A DNA stretch of 64,000 nt from Candidatus Nanopelagicales bacterium (lineage in GTDB: Bacteria; Actinomycetota; Actinomycetes; S36-B12): contig JBBARV010000001.1 of NCBI GenBank assembly GCA_040399625.1, forward strand, positions 187,701 to 251,700. The letters are read 5' to 3'. Below, in pieces: positions 55,555 to 64,000 of this stretch (within the stretch, counting starts at the first letter, position 1; every line of letters begins with the position of its first letter). Made by a program: the position numbers and the translations under genes. The notes under the pieces are model-generated. The model was not told the DNA's origin. It was given only the letters and a program-made list of their open reading frames with translations, and did no database searches.

Positions 55555-56610
55555 ATGGCTTTTGATCCAGGGTCGCGCATAGCGCTCGTTTTTGGTGGGT
55601 GCGGTCAAGAGCACTCAATTTCGTGTGTGAGTGCCAAGTCGGTTTATCAAGCACTGGTCGATTTGGGCCACGGAGTCCTATGCATTGGTATCACGCGTGG
55701 AGGAAATTGGGTTGAGGTTTCGCCTACGGAGGTTGCGGGCTATGTCATCAGCGCGGACCATTATCCGGAGGTGGCGGATCGCCTAGAAACTATCCGCCTT
55801 GTGATGAATGCTGCGGTCCCCGGTGTGGAAATCCAAGGAAAGTTCACCGCAGTTTCAGTGGTTTTCCCGGTAGTGCATGGCGTGGGTGGTGAAGATGGCG
55901 CCATTCAAGGATTGTGCCAAAGCATGGGGATTCCTGTTGTTGGTTCGGGCGTGCTGGCTTCGGCAATCTGCATGAACAAGTTGAGCGCCAAAGAGTTGGT
56001 TCGCGCATCAGGAATTGATTCTGGTAGCTGGTTTGGTCAAAAGAATTCGCAAGAAATTCGAGAGCCAGCCGCCCAAGTCTTCCCATTTCCGTGGTTTGTG
56101 AAGCCGGTTACAGGCGGGTCTTCGATCGGGATAACTCGCATTGAATCCAGCGCTGAATACGAACCTGCATGTAAGGAGGCGTTTCTTAGCTCAAGTGAAG
56201 TAATTGTTGAGCAAGCATTGATTCGCCCCCGCGAATTGGAAGTTGGGATTCTAGTGGGAGAGGCTGGGGCGCAAGCCAGCCCAGTTGGTGAAATAAAGGT
56301 CAAAGCGGATTTCGAATATTACGACTTTGAAGCAAAATACATTTCTGATGGAGCCGAATTAATCGTTCCGGCACTCCTTGAGCCCAAAGTCGCACGCGAA
56401 GTGCAACGCCTTGCCCTTCGTATCTTTGAGTTATTGGGGTGCGCTGGGTATGCGCGAATCGATTTTTTTCTCGACGGCGAAAGAATTGTTTTTAATGAAG
56501 TCAACACTATTCCCGGCTTCACACCCATTTCCATGTTTGCCCGAATGTGGTCACAGGCAGGAATTGATTTTCCGCGGATTGTCGACCAGCTGGTGCGCTC
56601 AGCCTCTTAG
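55555..56610 (+). CDS. ddl: D-alanine--D-alanine ligase
   Basis: IALVFGGCGQEHSISCVSA, PVVHGVGGEDGAIQGL, FVKPVTGGSSIG and ARIDFFL...EVNTIPGFT. Confidence 0.95.
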   Translation: MAFDPGSRIALVFGGCGQEHSISCVSAKSVYQALVDLGHGVLCIGITRGGNWVEVSPTEVAGYVISADHYPEVADRLETIRLVMNAAVPGVEIQGKFTAVSVVFPVVHGVGGEDGAIQGLCQSMGIPVVGSGVLASAICMNKLSAKELVRASGIDSGSWFGQKNSQEIREPAAQVFPFPWFVKPVTGGSSIGITRIESSAEYEPACKEAFLSSSEVIVEQALIRPRELEVGILVGEAGAQASPVGEIKVKADFEYYDFEAKYISDGAELIVPALLEPKVAREVQRLALRIFELLGCAGYARIDFFLDGERIVFNEVNTIPGFTPISMFARMWSQAGIDFPRIVDQLVRSAS

Positions 56611-57044
56611 GGTCCTAGCAAGGTAATAGCCGAACTCAATTCAGTCAAGATGTCAGCGGTTGTTCCATATGCAATTGGTATCGAGACCTCGACTAATCCC
56701 GCAGTCTTCATTGAAGTAAATCTCACGCCGGCTCCCAACTCCTCCGGGTACCAGTCGATGTTGTTAACCGTGAGTAGCTGACTAGATGGTGAGTAACTTT
56801 TCGGTACTGCTACACCACAGCGCAGCACGATTGCTGGGTCACCCCAAGCTTTGGTGCCGAGGGAGTTGGGGTTCGTGTCTCGCAGAAGCGCCCCGCCTAA
56901 TCGCACCGGCGTAGCGGCGCCTAGCTCTGCACAGAATTGGCTTTCGGCGCCCTCAGCGGGTTCAACGTCCAGGGATGAACTGCAAGCGCTAAGGCACACC
57001 AAAATGCTAAAACAAAATGCCAGGGCCGCTACTTTCTTATCCAA
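56607..57044 (-). CDS. DUF3515-family lipoprotein
   Basis: Signal peptide with lipobox LSAC (MDKKVAALAFCFSILVCLSACSS). WGDPAIVLRCGV and the conserved position next to ddl resemble Rv2980. Confidence 0.7.
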   Translation of the reverse strand: MDKKVAALAFCFSILVCLSACSSSLDVEPAEGAESQFCAELGAATPVRLGGALLRDTNPNSLGTKAWGDPAIVLRCGVAVPKSYSPSSQLLTVNNIDWYPEELGAGVRFTSMKTAGLVEVSIPIAYGTTADILTELSSAITLLGP

Positions 57045-57276
57045 GGTTCACGACAGGGCAGGTAAGTGTTCTCGTGATTCCAGGAACTGACTGAATCTTT
57101 GCAACTACAAGTCGACCGAGTTCATCCATGGTGGGTGCTTCAGCCTTGACGATTACGTCGTATGGGCCGGTGACATCTTCGGCGACAGCTACGCCAGTTA
57201 TTGCTCGAATGGACTCGACGACGGTGGCCGCCTTACCGACTTCAGTTTGAATTAATACATATGCTTGTACCGACAT
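57037..57276 (-). CDS. Stand-alone Lrp/AsnC ligand-binding (RAM) domain protein
   Basis: 79 aa: AYVLIQTEVGKAATVVESIRAITGVAVAEDVTGPYDVIVKAEA...LVVAKIQSVPGITRTLT. 8-nt overlap with the downstream DUF3515 gene. Confidence 0.75.
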   Translation of the reverse strand: MSVQAYVLIQTEVGKAATVVESIRAITGVAVAEDVTGPYDVIVKAEAPTMDELGRLVVAKIQSVPGITRTLTCPVVNLG

Positions 57277-57296
57277 GACCTCACTCTATATTTGAG

Positions 57297-58331
57297 TTGC
57301 GGATTTTACCCCAAAGATCACCGGAAAGGCTCAAAGTTGTGAGTTCAGATCCCAGCAGTGGCACCCTTACCGATCTTGGTGAGTCAGGCTTAGTCTCCAA
57401 GATTTTGGCACGGATCGGGGAATCCAAGATAAAAAGCCCGGGTCTGGAAATCCCTGCCGGTGATGACGCGGCCGTTTTAAGTATTTCCGGATCTTCGTTT
57501 GTTCTTAGTGTCGATATGTATGCGGAGGGAAAGCATTTTCGAACAGATTGGTCCACCGCGATTGAGATTGGTCGACGCTCTGCGGCAGGCTCAATTGCCG
57601 ATGTTTGCGCAATGGGCGCGACCCCGGTCGGCGTTCTACTTGCAATCGGATTGCCCTCGACCACTGCATCACATTGGGTCGGCGAATTTATGGCTGGCTT
57701 CATTCAAGAAGCAGAAAAAGCCGGCTCTATCGTTCTTGGTGGTGATGTCAGCGGTTGTGACAGCATCGTCATTTCGGTTACAGCCCTGGGCACGGTTGCT
57801 TCGGGAAGCGCAATTACTCGAAGTGGTGCCCGAGCAGGAGACATTGTCGGGATCTGCGGCCGGTCTGGGATGGCGGCTGCCGGACTTCGGGTATTACAAC
57901 GCGGATTACGTTCGCCAAGAGTCTTAGTTGATGCGTTTAGAGTCCCCGAACTCGATTACTCCGCAGGTGCCCGGGCGGCGAAGAGTGGAGCGACCTCAAT
58001 GATTGACATCTCTGATGGCCTAGTGGCCGACCTTGAACATATTGCCCGTGATTCAGGGGTGGGCATTGGGTTGGATACCGCGAAAATGGTGGTGCCTGCC
58101 GAATTGGCGTCAACCGCTGCAGCTTTTGGTGTTGACCCAATGGCGTGGATATTGGCCGGAGGGGACGACCATGCACTCGTAGCAACGTTCCCGCCCAAAA
58201 AGCGTTTTCCAGCCGGATTTGTGGCTATTGGAAAAGTATTAGACGACTCGATCGGAGAGGTTCTCGTTGATGGAGTTCTTTACCGGGATGCCTACGAAGT
58301 TTCGCCGGGCTTCCGACACTTTTCGTCATAG
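57297..58331 (+). CDS. thiL: Thiamine-monophosphate kinase
   Basis: LGESGLVSKILARI, AGDDAAVL, and the AIR-synthase-like fold motifs (DISDGLVADLEHIA, LAGGDDHALVATF). The likely start is GTG 57339, preceded by GAAAGG. Confidence 0.85.
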   Translation: MRILPQRSPERLKVVSSDPSSGTLTDLGESGLVSKILARIGESKIKSPGLEIPAGDDAAVLSISGSSFVLSVDMYAEGKHFRTDWSTAIEIGRRSAAGSIADVCAMGATPVGVLLAIGLPSTTASHWVGEFMAGFIQEAEKAGSIVLGGDVSGCDSIVISVTALGTVASGSAITRSGARAGDIVGICGRSGMAAAGLRVLQRGLRSPRVLVDAFRVPELDYSAGARAAKSGATSMIDISDGLVADLEHIARDSGVGIGLDTAKMVVPAELASTAAAFGVDPMAWILAGGDDHALVATFPPKKRFPAGFVAIGKVLDDSIGEVLVDGVLYRDAYEVSPGFRHFSS

Positions 58332-58364
58332 AGACGAGAAAGCGTGTCTTGACTTCCAAAGTGC

Positions 58365-58556
58365 TCAGGAAGCGCGGGCTACCTTGCCAGCCTTGATGCA
58401 TGAGGTGCACACATTCAGTCGCTTAGGAGTTTTGCCGACCAATGCGCGAACCCGTTGGATGTTTGGATTCCAACGACGGTTGGTCTTACGCTGTGAATGG
58501 GAAACGTTATGCCCGAAGCTAGGGCTCTTTCCGCAGATATCGCAGTTTGCAGCCAC
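58365..58556 (-). CDS. rpmB: 50S ribosomal protein L28
   Basis: (M)[35 protein letters not shown]. The GTG start at 58556 is preceded by GAAGGAG, so the track start at 58574 is too long. Confidence 0.9.
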   Translation of the reverse strand: MAANCDICGKSPSFGHNVSHSQRKTNRRWNPNIQRVRALVGKTPKRLNVCTSCIKAGKVARAS

Positions 58557-58651
58557 AATGACTCCTTCGGTCAATTTAAGATCTAGATCCAGGCGGATCG
58601 GGTTGGATATGTGGGTTTAATGCGAGAAGATTGTGGACCTCAAGCTAAACC

Positions 58652-60328
58652 TTGCGAAGAATAGCCGATCAAGTGAAATGTGATGAAGGAGGGGCTATGG
58701 GAGAGTCGATCTCGGATTCCGCCCATGCCCCCATCACCTCTTTCACCCTGTCCATATTGCACACGTGGCTCGTTGAAGCCCAGAACGCCTTACGGGCCAC
58801 TCGTGCGGAAATTGATGCCCTCAATGTGTTCCCTGTCCCTGATGGCGACACCGGAACCAACCTTTACCTCACGGTAGAAGCAGCCTGCGCCGCATTTATC
58901 GAACCATGTGAGGACCTTGCCGCAGCCGCCCTTGGGGTTGGACGGGCGGCGATTCTAGGGGCTCGGGGGAACTCCGGGGTGATTTTTTCGGCCCTCTTAC
59001 GCGATCTAGTTGCTGAACTTGCCAAAAGCCCTGAAAACTTCGCACACGCTCTTACGCAAGGTGCCAGCGGCGCATATCGCGCTGTCGCCTCACCACTTGA
59101 AGGCACAATTCTGACGGTGGCTTCCCAATCGGCCCGAGAAGCTGAGTTGGTCGCGTCGCGGGGAGCGGATCTCGCTGAGGTGGCGATCGCGGCCGCCGAT
59201 GCCGCATACAGCTCGTTACTGCTCACACCAGATTTGCTGGTGCAACTGCGTGACGCAGGAGTGGTTGATGCCGGTGGTCGTGGGTTGGTCGTGGTGCTCG
59301 ACGCACTGGTCACGGTGCTGACCGGTGTGACGCCCCGCCGCACAGAACACGCTGTTCACCCGGTGGGTCAATATTCGCCGCCAATGGAATCTAAGGACTA
59401 CAAGAGCGGAGAAATTGAATGTGAGGTCATGTATGACTTCGATGCGGAGGAAAGCACTGAGTTACGAAATGTTTTGGAAAGTCTGGGAACGAGTGTGATG
59501 GTTGCCGGAATTGATTCACTGTGGAAAGTTCACGTGCACGTCCCATTACATCGGGTTTCTGACTGCATCAATGCTGGAATAGCACGTGGGATAGTGACTC
59601 AGGTGAGTGTTGTTCCCCTCGACCTTCAGGCAACCAACCGAGTTCATCCGCAGTCGACTGAAGATCGCACCCGGATTTTGATTGCGGTGACACATGGCGA
59701 AGGGGTTCAGCGCCTGTTGGAATCACTCGGTGTGACGTGTATTCCCACTCCTGCTCGACAACAACCGTCTGCCGCTGAAATCATTTCCGCAATCAAGGGG
59801 AGTGAGGCGAGGGAAATCGTCATTCTTCCTGCTGATCGCGATACGCACCCGGTCGCTGACATTGCAGCAGCAGACATGCGGGCTGTGGGTTATCGAGTCT
59901 CAGTGATCCCCAGTCGCGCCATAACTCAATCCTTGGCAGCTATTGCCGTGCATGACTCTTCGCTCGAATTCGACCGTGATGTTGTCTCGATGACTCGGGC
60001 GGCCAGCGCAACCCGCTACGGGGCAATCACTCGCGCTACGCGCGATGTGCTCACCATGGCCGGTGCTTGTAAATTTGGGGATTACCTTGGGCTTATTGAC
60101 GGTGAGATCAGTGTAATCGAGAGCGATCTTCTCACTGTGAGTAAAAATCTTCTTCGAAGAATGCTGGCTCCCGGAGCTGAATTGCTGACAATTGTGACGG
60201 GTAATGAATTGACAGAACCAGAAATCGAATCATTCCTCGCGTGGGTTAAAGCAAGTTACCCCTTGGTTGATCTTGAATTCGTTTCAGGGGAGCAGCCGTT
60301 ATGGCCTTTTATTTTCGGGGTCGAATAG
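58652..60328 (+). CDS. DAK2-domain fusion protein (YloV/Rv2974c-like)
   Basis: VFPVPDGDTGTNL and ILGARGNSGVIFS (Dak2 motifs) with a C-terminal DegV-like/uncharacterised half. The likely start is ATG 58697, preceded by GAAGGAGGGG. Confidence 0.85.
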   Translation: MRRIADQVKCDEGGAMGESISDSAHAPITSFTLSILHTWLVEAQNALRATRAEIDALNVFPVPDGDTGTNLYLTVEAACAAFIEPCEDLAAAALGVGRAAILGARGNSGVIFSALLRDLVAELAKSPENFAHALTQGASGAYRAVASPLEGTILTVASQSAREAELVASRGADLAEVAIAAADAAYSSLLLTPDLLVQLRDAGVVDAGGRGLVVVLDALVTVLTGVTPRRTEHAVHPVGQYSPPMESKDYKSGEIECEVMYDFDAEESTELRNVLESLGTSVMVAGIDSLWKVHVHVPLHRVSDCINAGIARGIVTQVSVVPLDLQATNRVHPQSTEDRTRILIAVTHGEGVQRLLESLGVTCIPTPARQQPSAAEIISAIKGSEAREIVILPADRDTHPVADIAAADMRAVGYRVSVIPSRAITQSLAAIAVHDSSLEFDRDVVSMTRAASATRYGAITRATRDVLTMAGACKFGDYLGLIDGEISVIESDLLTVSKNLLRRMLAPGAELLTIVTGNELTEPEIESFLAWVKASYPLVDLEFVSGEQPLWPFIFGVE

Positions 60329-60329
60329 T

Positions 60330-62504
60330 GTGAGTGGGATTGCAGGTTTTTTAAGTACGCCCCTCAATGAACTCATTGGTGGAAAAAGTGCCGCAAGTTT
60401 AGAAAAGGCCTTCGGAATCACCCGAGCCGGTGAGCTTCTCAATCATTATCCACGGAGATACATTGATCGAGGAAAACTCACCACACTGCGCAACGTAGAA
60501 GTCGGCGTCCCCGTGACGATCATGGCCACGATTCAAAGTGTTGAAACTCGACGTATGACCCAAAAGCGCGGCTTCATTTTGGTGATAAAAGTTACCGACG
60601 GAATTGACACGATGGAACTCACGTTTTTTAATCAGAAATGGCGCGAGAAAGATTTGCAGGTTGGTCGAAGTGGCTTATTTGCCGGGACGGTTTCCGAGTA
60701 TCGCGGAGTGAGAACGTTGACGCACCCAAAATTTGCACTCTTTTCTGACATCGGAATCGACATTTCGCAGGAAACTGATGCCATAACGAACTTCACGGGC
60801 GAGATCATTTCGGTTTATCCAAGTACTCAGGAGCTTGCTTCTTGGCAAATTCAGGCTGCCATTGACGTGGTGCTGGCATCAGTCGATCATCTGACGGACC
60901 CAATTCCAGCAGAACTTGTGGTCAAACATGGTTTTATGACCAAAGTTGAATCTTTGCATGCAATTCATCAGCCAAAAGATCATGAAGAAATTCTTCGGGC
61001 TACTCAACGGATAAAATATGAAGAGGCATTTATCCTGCTCGCACTCATGCGCCAGCGCAAGAGCCAAGCAAAATCAGCGATTGCTCATGCTCGAAGTGGA
61101 TCAGACGGAGTGGTCCTCGCCGAATTTGATAACTCACTTCCCTTTGAATTAACAGAGGGCCAACGCGAAGTGGGTGCAGAGATTTCGCGGGATCTAGCGA
61201 GAAGCATTCCCATGACAAGGTTGCTACAGGGTGATGTGGGCAGTGGTAAGACAATCGTGTCAATTCGCGCAATGCTTGACGTAATTTCATCAGGTGGCCA
61301 GGTGGCCCTGCTCGCTCCCACAGAAGTGCTGGCCGTCCAACACCTTGAATCCCTACAGAGCTTTTTGGTGGGTGTCACCTCTCGAAAGATTCGGGTCGAC
61401 CTGTTAACCGGGGGTATGCCGGTGGCAAAGCGGCGTCAAGTACTTCTCGATGTGCAAAGCGGAGAACTTGACATTCTGATCGGGACTCATGCCCTCCTCG
61501 AAGATAATGTGCAGTTTTTTGACTTGGGTTTGATTGTGATTGACGAACAGCACCGATTTGGCGTCGAGCAACGTGCTCTTATGCTGACAAAAGGCAAAGA
61601 CCAATTGCGCCCACATTTGCTAGTCATGACTGCGACTCCGATCCCACGAACTGTGGCCCTCACAATCTTTGGCGATCTTGACGTTTCAACTTTGACCGAG
61701 TCACCATCTTTGCGAGCAGACGTGCAGACCCATCTAGTTTCGACAACGGGTATGCCTCGAAGCGTGTCACGTGTGTGGGAACGAATGGCTGAGGAAGTGG
61801 CTGCCGGGAACAGGGTCTTTGTGGTGTGTCCGAGTATCTCTCCATCAGAGGTTGATCCTAAAAAAGGAAAAACATCGCGTGATAAAACTTCACAACTTGA
61901 GCCGCTCGCTTCAGTCGAAGAAACGTATGAAACATTAAGGCTCCGATTTCCAAAAATTGCATTTGCAATGCTGCATGGCGGGATGGACTCACAATCGAAG
62001 CGCGAAATAATGCACCGTTTTGGGGGATCAGATGACCCGCACATTGATGTTTTGATTTCAACCACCGTGATTGAAGTGGGAGTTGACATTCCGAAAGCCA
62101 CCATGATGGTAGTTCTCAATGCTGAAAGATTCGGAATGTCGCAATTACATCAATTACGGGGACGAATTGGCCGTGGCTCACTACCGGGGCTGTGTATTCT
62201 CGTCCACGGTTTCTCCTATAGCCCCGCTTCACTTGATCGACTAAGTGCTATGCGTGATTCGCGCGATGGGTTCGTGCTCTCCCAGAAGGATCTTGAAATT
62301 CGCGGCGAAGGCGATGTTCTCGGACAGGATCAATCTGGAGCGCTGAGTTCATTGCGCTTACTGAGAATAATTGATGACCTAGCGTTCATTGAGACCGTGC
62401 GAATTGAAATCGATGAGTTATACGACGGAAGTAATTGGGATTTGGTGCTGCAGGCCATCGACTCATTCGAGATTATGCGTGCGCAGAATTTGGAAAAAGC
62501 CTGA
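60330..62504 (+). CDS. recG: ATP-dependent DNA helicase RecG
   Basis: Wedge domain, then FELTEGQREV, Walker A GDVGSGKT, DEQHRFGV, TATPIPRT and QLHQLRGRIGRG. GTG 60330, 2 nt after the DAK2 stop, is preferred over the track start at 60267, which overlaps DAK2 by 62 nt. Confidence 0.9.
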   Translation: MSGIAGFLSTPLNELIGGKSAASLEKAFGITRAGELLNHYPRRYIDRGKLTTLRNVEVGVPVTIMATIQSVETRRMTQKRGFILVIKVTDGIDTMELTFFNQKWREKDLQVGRSGLFAGTVSEYRGVRTLTHPKFALFSDIGIDISQETDAITNFTGEIISVYPSTQELASWQIQAAIDVVLASVDHLTDPIPAELVVKHGFMTKVESLHAIHQPKDHEEILRATQRIKYEEAFILLALMRQRKSQAKSAIAHARSGSDGVVLAEFDNSLPFELTEGQREVGAEISRDLARSIPMTRLLQGDVGSGKTIVSIRAMLDVISSGGQVALLAPTEVLAVQHLESLQSFLVGVTSRKIRVDLLTGGMPVAKRRQVLLDVQSGELDILIGTHALLEDNVQFFDLGLIVIDEQHRFGVEQRALMLTKGKDQLRPHLLVMTATPIPRTVALTIFGDLDVSTLTESPSLRADVQTHLVSTTGMPRSVSRVWERMAEEVAAGNRVFVVCPSISPSEVDPKKGKTSRDKTSQLEPLASVEETYETLRLRFPKIAFAMLHGGMDSQSKREIMHRFGGSDDPHIDVLISTTVIEVGVDIPKATMMVVLNAERFGMSQLHQLRGRIGRGSLPGLCILVHGFSYSPASLDRLSAMRDSRDGFVLSQKDLEIRGEGDVLGQDQSGALSSLRLLRIIDDLAFIETVRIEIDELYDGSNWDLVLQAIDSFEIMRAQNLEKA

Positions 62505-63079
62505 TGAGAATTATTTCGGGATCCGCGCGTGGTCGAAAGTTGGAGGTTCCTATAGCCGGAACGCGTCCCACCTCTGATCGTTTAAAGGAGGCAATGTTTT
62601 CAACAATCGACTCTCATCTAGCCCAAAGTGACGTTGATTGGGGGAGCATCAATTTCGTTGACCTCTTCGCCGGATCTGGCGCAATCGGACTTGAGGCTAA
62701 AAGTCGCGGCGCCCACCAAGTGGTGTTGGTCGAGCATGATGCGCGTGCCCGCACCACTATCGAGCAAAATTCTGTGCGGTCTGGGCTGGCGGTTCGAATC
62801 GCGAATGCTGATGCGTATTCATGGTTGCCTACATTTGAAGTCGACATACTTTTTTTAGATCCGCCATATGATCACGCTGATGCTCAATTACAGCAATATT
62901 TTTTAAAGATATGTGCTGTTAATAATCTGTCAGGGGCATTACTCATCTGTGAGCGTGGAGTGAGGTCGGATTCACCATTTTCTCTGGTGTCGCCACAAGT
63001 TTTGCCACTTGTTTGGGAACGTTCTTACGGTGACTCTAAACTTTGGTACGGTCAGGTTCGTTCGGATCCATTTACGTGA
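62504..63079 (+). CDS. rsmD: 16S rRNA (guanine966-N2)-methyltransferase
   Basis: MRIISGSARGRKLEVPIAGTRPTSDRLKEAMFS, DLFAGSGAIGLEA and FLDPPY. The ATG overlaps the recG stop (TGATG), so the track start at 62435 is too long. Confidence 0.85.
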   Translation: MRIISGSARGRKLEVPIAGTRPTSDRLKEAMFSTIDSHLAQSDVDWGSINFVDLFAGSGAIGLEAKSRGAHQVVLVEHDARARTTIEQNSVRSGLAVRIANADAYSWLPTFEVDILFLDPPYDHADAQLQQYFLKICAVNNLSGALLICERGVRSDSPFSLVSPQVLPLVWERSYGDSKLWYGQVRSDPFT

Positions 63080-63088
63080 GGAGTGCAG

Positions 63089-63571
63089 ATGCAGATTGCC
63101 GTATGTCCTGGCTCATTTGACCCGGTAACTATGGGACATCTCGACGTATTTGAGCGGGCATCTCGGATGTCAGATCGGGTAATCGTGGCGGTTCTGATCA
63201 ACAAGCAGAAATCTTCATTGTTTACCTTGGATGAGCGCATCGAGATGCTCAAGGAAGCAACATCACACTTGCCCAATGTCTCCGTCGACTCGTTTTATGG
63301 CCTATTGGTTGATTATTGCCGGGACCACAATGTCAATGCGATTGTGAAAGGTCTGCGGGCGGTCAGTGATTTCGACTACGAACTCCAGATGGCTCAGATG
63401 AACTACCGACTGACCAAGGTGGAAACATGCTTCATCTCGACAAATCCGCTCTACAGCTACCTGTCCTCAAGTCTGGTTAAGGAGGTCGCGACTCACGGAG
63501 GAAATGTCAGCGGCCTAGTGCCTGAAGTCGTGTTGAAACGCTTAGAAGAGAAATTATCCAGCACAATATGA
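63089..63571 (+). CDS. coaD: Phosphopantetheine adenylyltransferase
   Basis: AVCPGSFDPVTMGHLDV, IVKGLRAVSDFDYE and SSSLVKEV. ATG 63089 is preceded by GAGGAG. Confidence 0.95.
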   Translation: MQIAVCPGSFDPVTMGHLDVFERASRMSDRVIVAVLINKQKSSLFTLDERIEMLKEATSHLPNVSVDSFYGLLVDYCRDHNVNAIVKGLRAVSDFDYELQMAQMNYRLTKVETCFISTNPLYSYLSSSLVKEVATHGGNVSGLVPEVVLKRLEEKLSSTI

Positions 63572-63602
63572 TCGAGCCGTTTTAGTCGCTAAATAAGAAT
63601 CA

Positions 63603-64000
63603 ATGTCAGGAGCAAGCGTGGACGTGCAGGAAAGACTCGATGAACTCACCGTCTTGGTGGAAGAGGCGAAATCCATGCCTTTATCGGCCTCGTGCATTGT
63701 GAATCGGTCTCAGGTCCTCGACATTATCGAAGAGATTCGTCAACTCATGCCCGAGTCGGTTTATCGGGCCGACGAATTATTGGCGGACCGGGAAGCGGTT
63801 GTCCAAGATGGACGTCGTGAGGCAGATCGAATCCTGGCTCAAGCGAGAGCGACCGCTGACTCATTGGTTTCGGAGCACGAGGTCTATTTGACTGCGGTCG
63901 AAGAAGCGAACGCACTTCGAAACGAAGTTGCCGGTACGACCCAGCAGATGCGGATTGAAACTGACGACTACATCGATGCAAAATTAGCTACATTTGAAAT
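63603..64000 (+). CDS. DivIVA-related coiled-coil protein, SepIVA-like (3' end lies outside the window)
   Basis: This frame runs open to the window edge and is absent from the track. Hand translation: (MSGAS)VDVQERLDELTVLVEEAKSMPLSASCIVNRSQVLDIIEEIRQLMPES...DDYIDAKLATFE. It resembles, from memory, the N-terminus of mycobacterial SepIVA (Rv2927c). The start is ATG 63603 or GTG 63618. Confidence 0.55.
   Translation, partial: MSGASVDVQERLDELTVLVEEAKSMPLSASCIVNRSQVLDIIEEIRQLMPESVYRADELLADREAVVQDGRREADRILAQARATADSLVSEHEVYLTAVEEANALRNEVAGTTQQMRIETDDYIDAKLATFE

Noticed and set aside
58580-58589. Perfect 10-bp palindrome GATCTAGATC, 24 nt upstream of the rpmB start.
   Set aside because: It occurs once and is short enough to arise by chance. 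It could be an operator or part of the 5' UTR, but nothing else supports a function.

Overview
This window is a dense, almost gap-free segment of core chromosome from an actinobacterium (Actinomycetota). The hallmarks are NucS, GlgE, GatCAB, an HU protein with a Lys/Ala-rich tail, long-type LeuA, DUF3515 and a SepIVA-like protein. From my memory of M. tuberculosis H37Rv, the gene order matches two conserved blocks, Rv1315-Rv1327c and Rv3039c-Rv2965c, joined near 18 kb. I call about 59 protein genes, 2 tRNAs, one strong intrinsic terminator and two candidate leader-peptide attenuators.

Content by region:
- 1-19 kb: murA, then a set of ethylmalonyl-CoA-pathway-type genes (MeaA/Ecm-like B12 mutase, tandem-fused 3-hydroxyacyl-CoA dehydrogenase, ccr, epimerase, thiolase, meaB, crotonase) interleaved with nucS, a thioredoxin-fold protein and the GlgE alpha-glucan genes glgB-glgE-glgX.
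- 19-23 kb: a methyltransferase, GT4, acyltransferase and GH57 cluster that resembles the mycobacterial methylglucose-lipopolysaccharide (MGLP) locus.
- 23-33.9 kb: etfBA, iscS, mnmA, a MetE-like unknown, ligA and gatCAB.
- 33.9-51.2 kb: a branched-chain amino-acid supercluster (ilvD, ilvBNC, serA, leuA, leuB, ilvE, cimA, leuCD) that also holds gltX and tRNA-Gln/tRNA-Glu.
- 51-64 kb: hupB, an fbiD-like gene, plsC, gpsA, ddl, thiL, rpmB, recG, rsmD, coaD and neighbours.

I found no transposase, integrase, phage gene, CRISPR array, toxin-antitoxin pair or recognisable defence system. This looks like an ordinary housekeeping region, not an accessory island. The observations most worth a second look are the dispersed ethylmalonyl-CoA module, the MGLP-like cluster outside mycobacteria, the two leader peptides (VVVI upstream of ilvB, LLLL upstream of leuA), an unlisted 55-aa two-helix membrane ORF between the epimerase and ccr, an FbiD/CofC homologue with an extra C-terminal domain, and two divergent genes whose ATG codons overlap.

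All functional calls come from reading the translations by eye for motifs and family resemblance. No database search was run.
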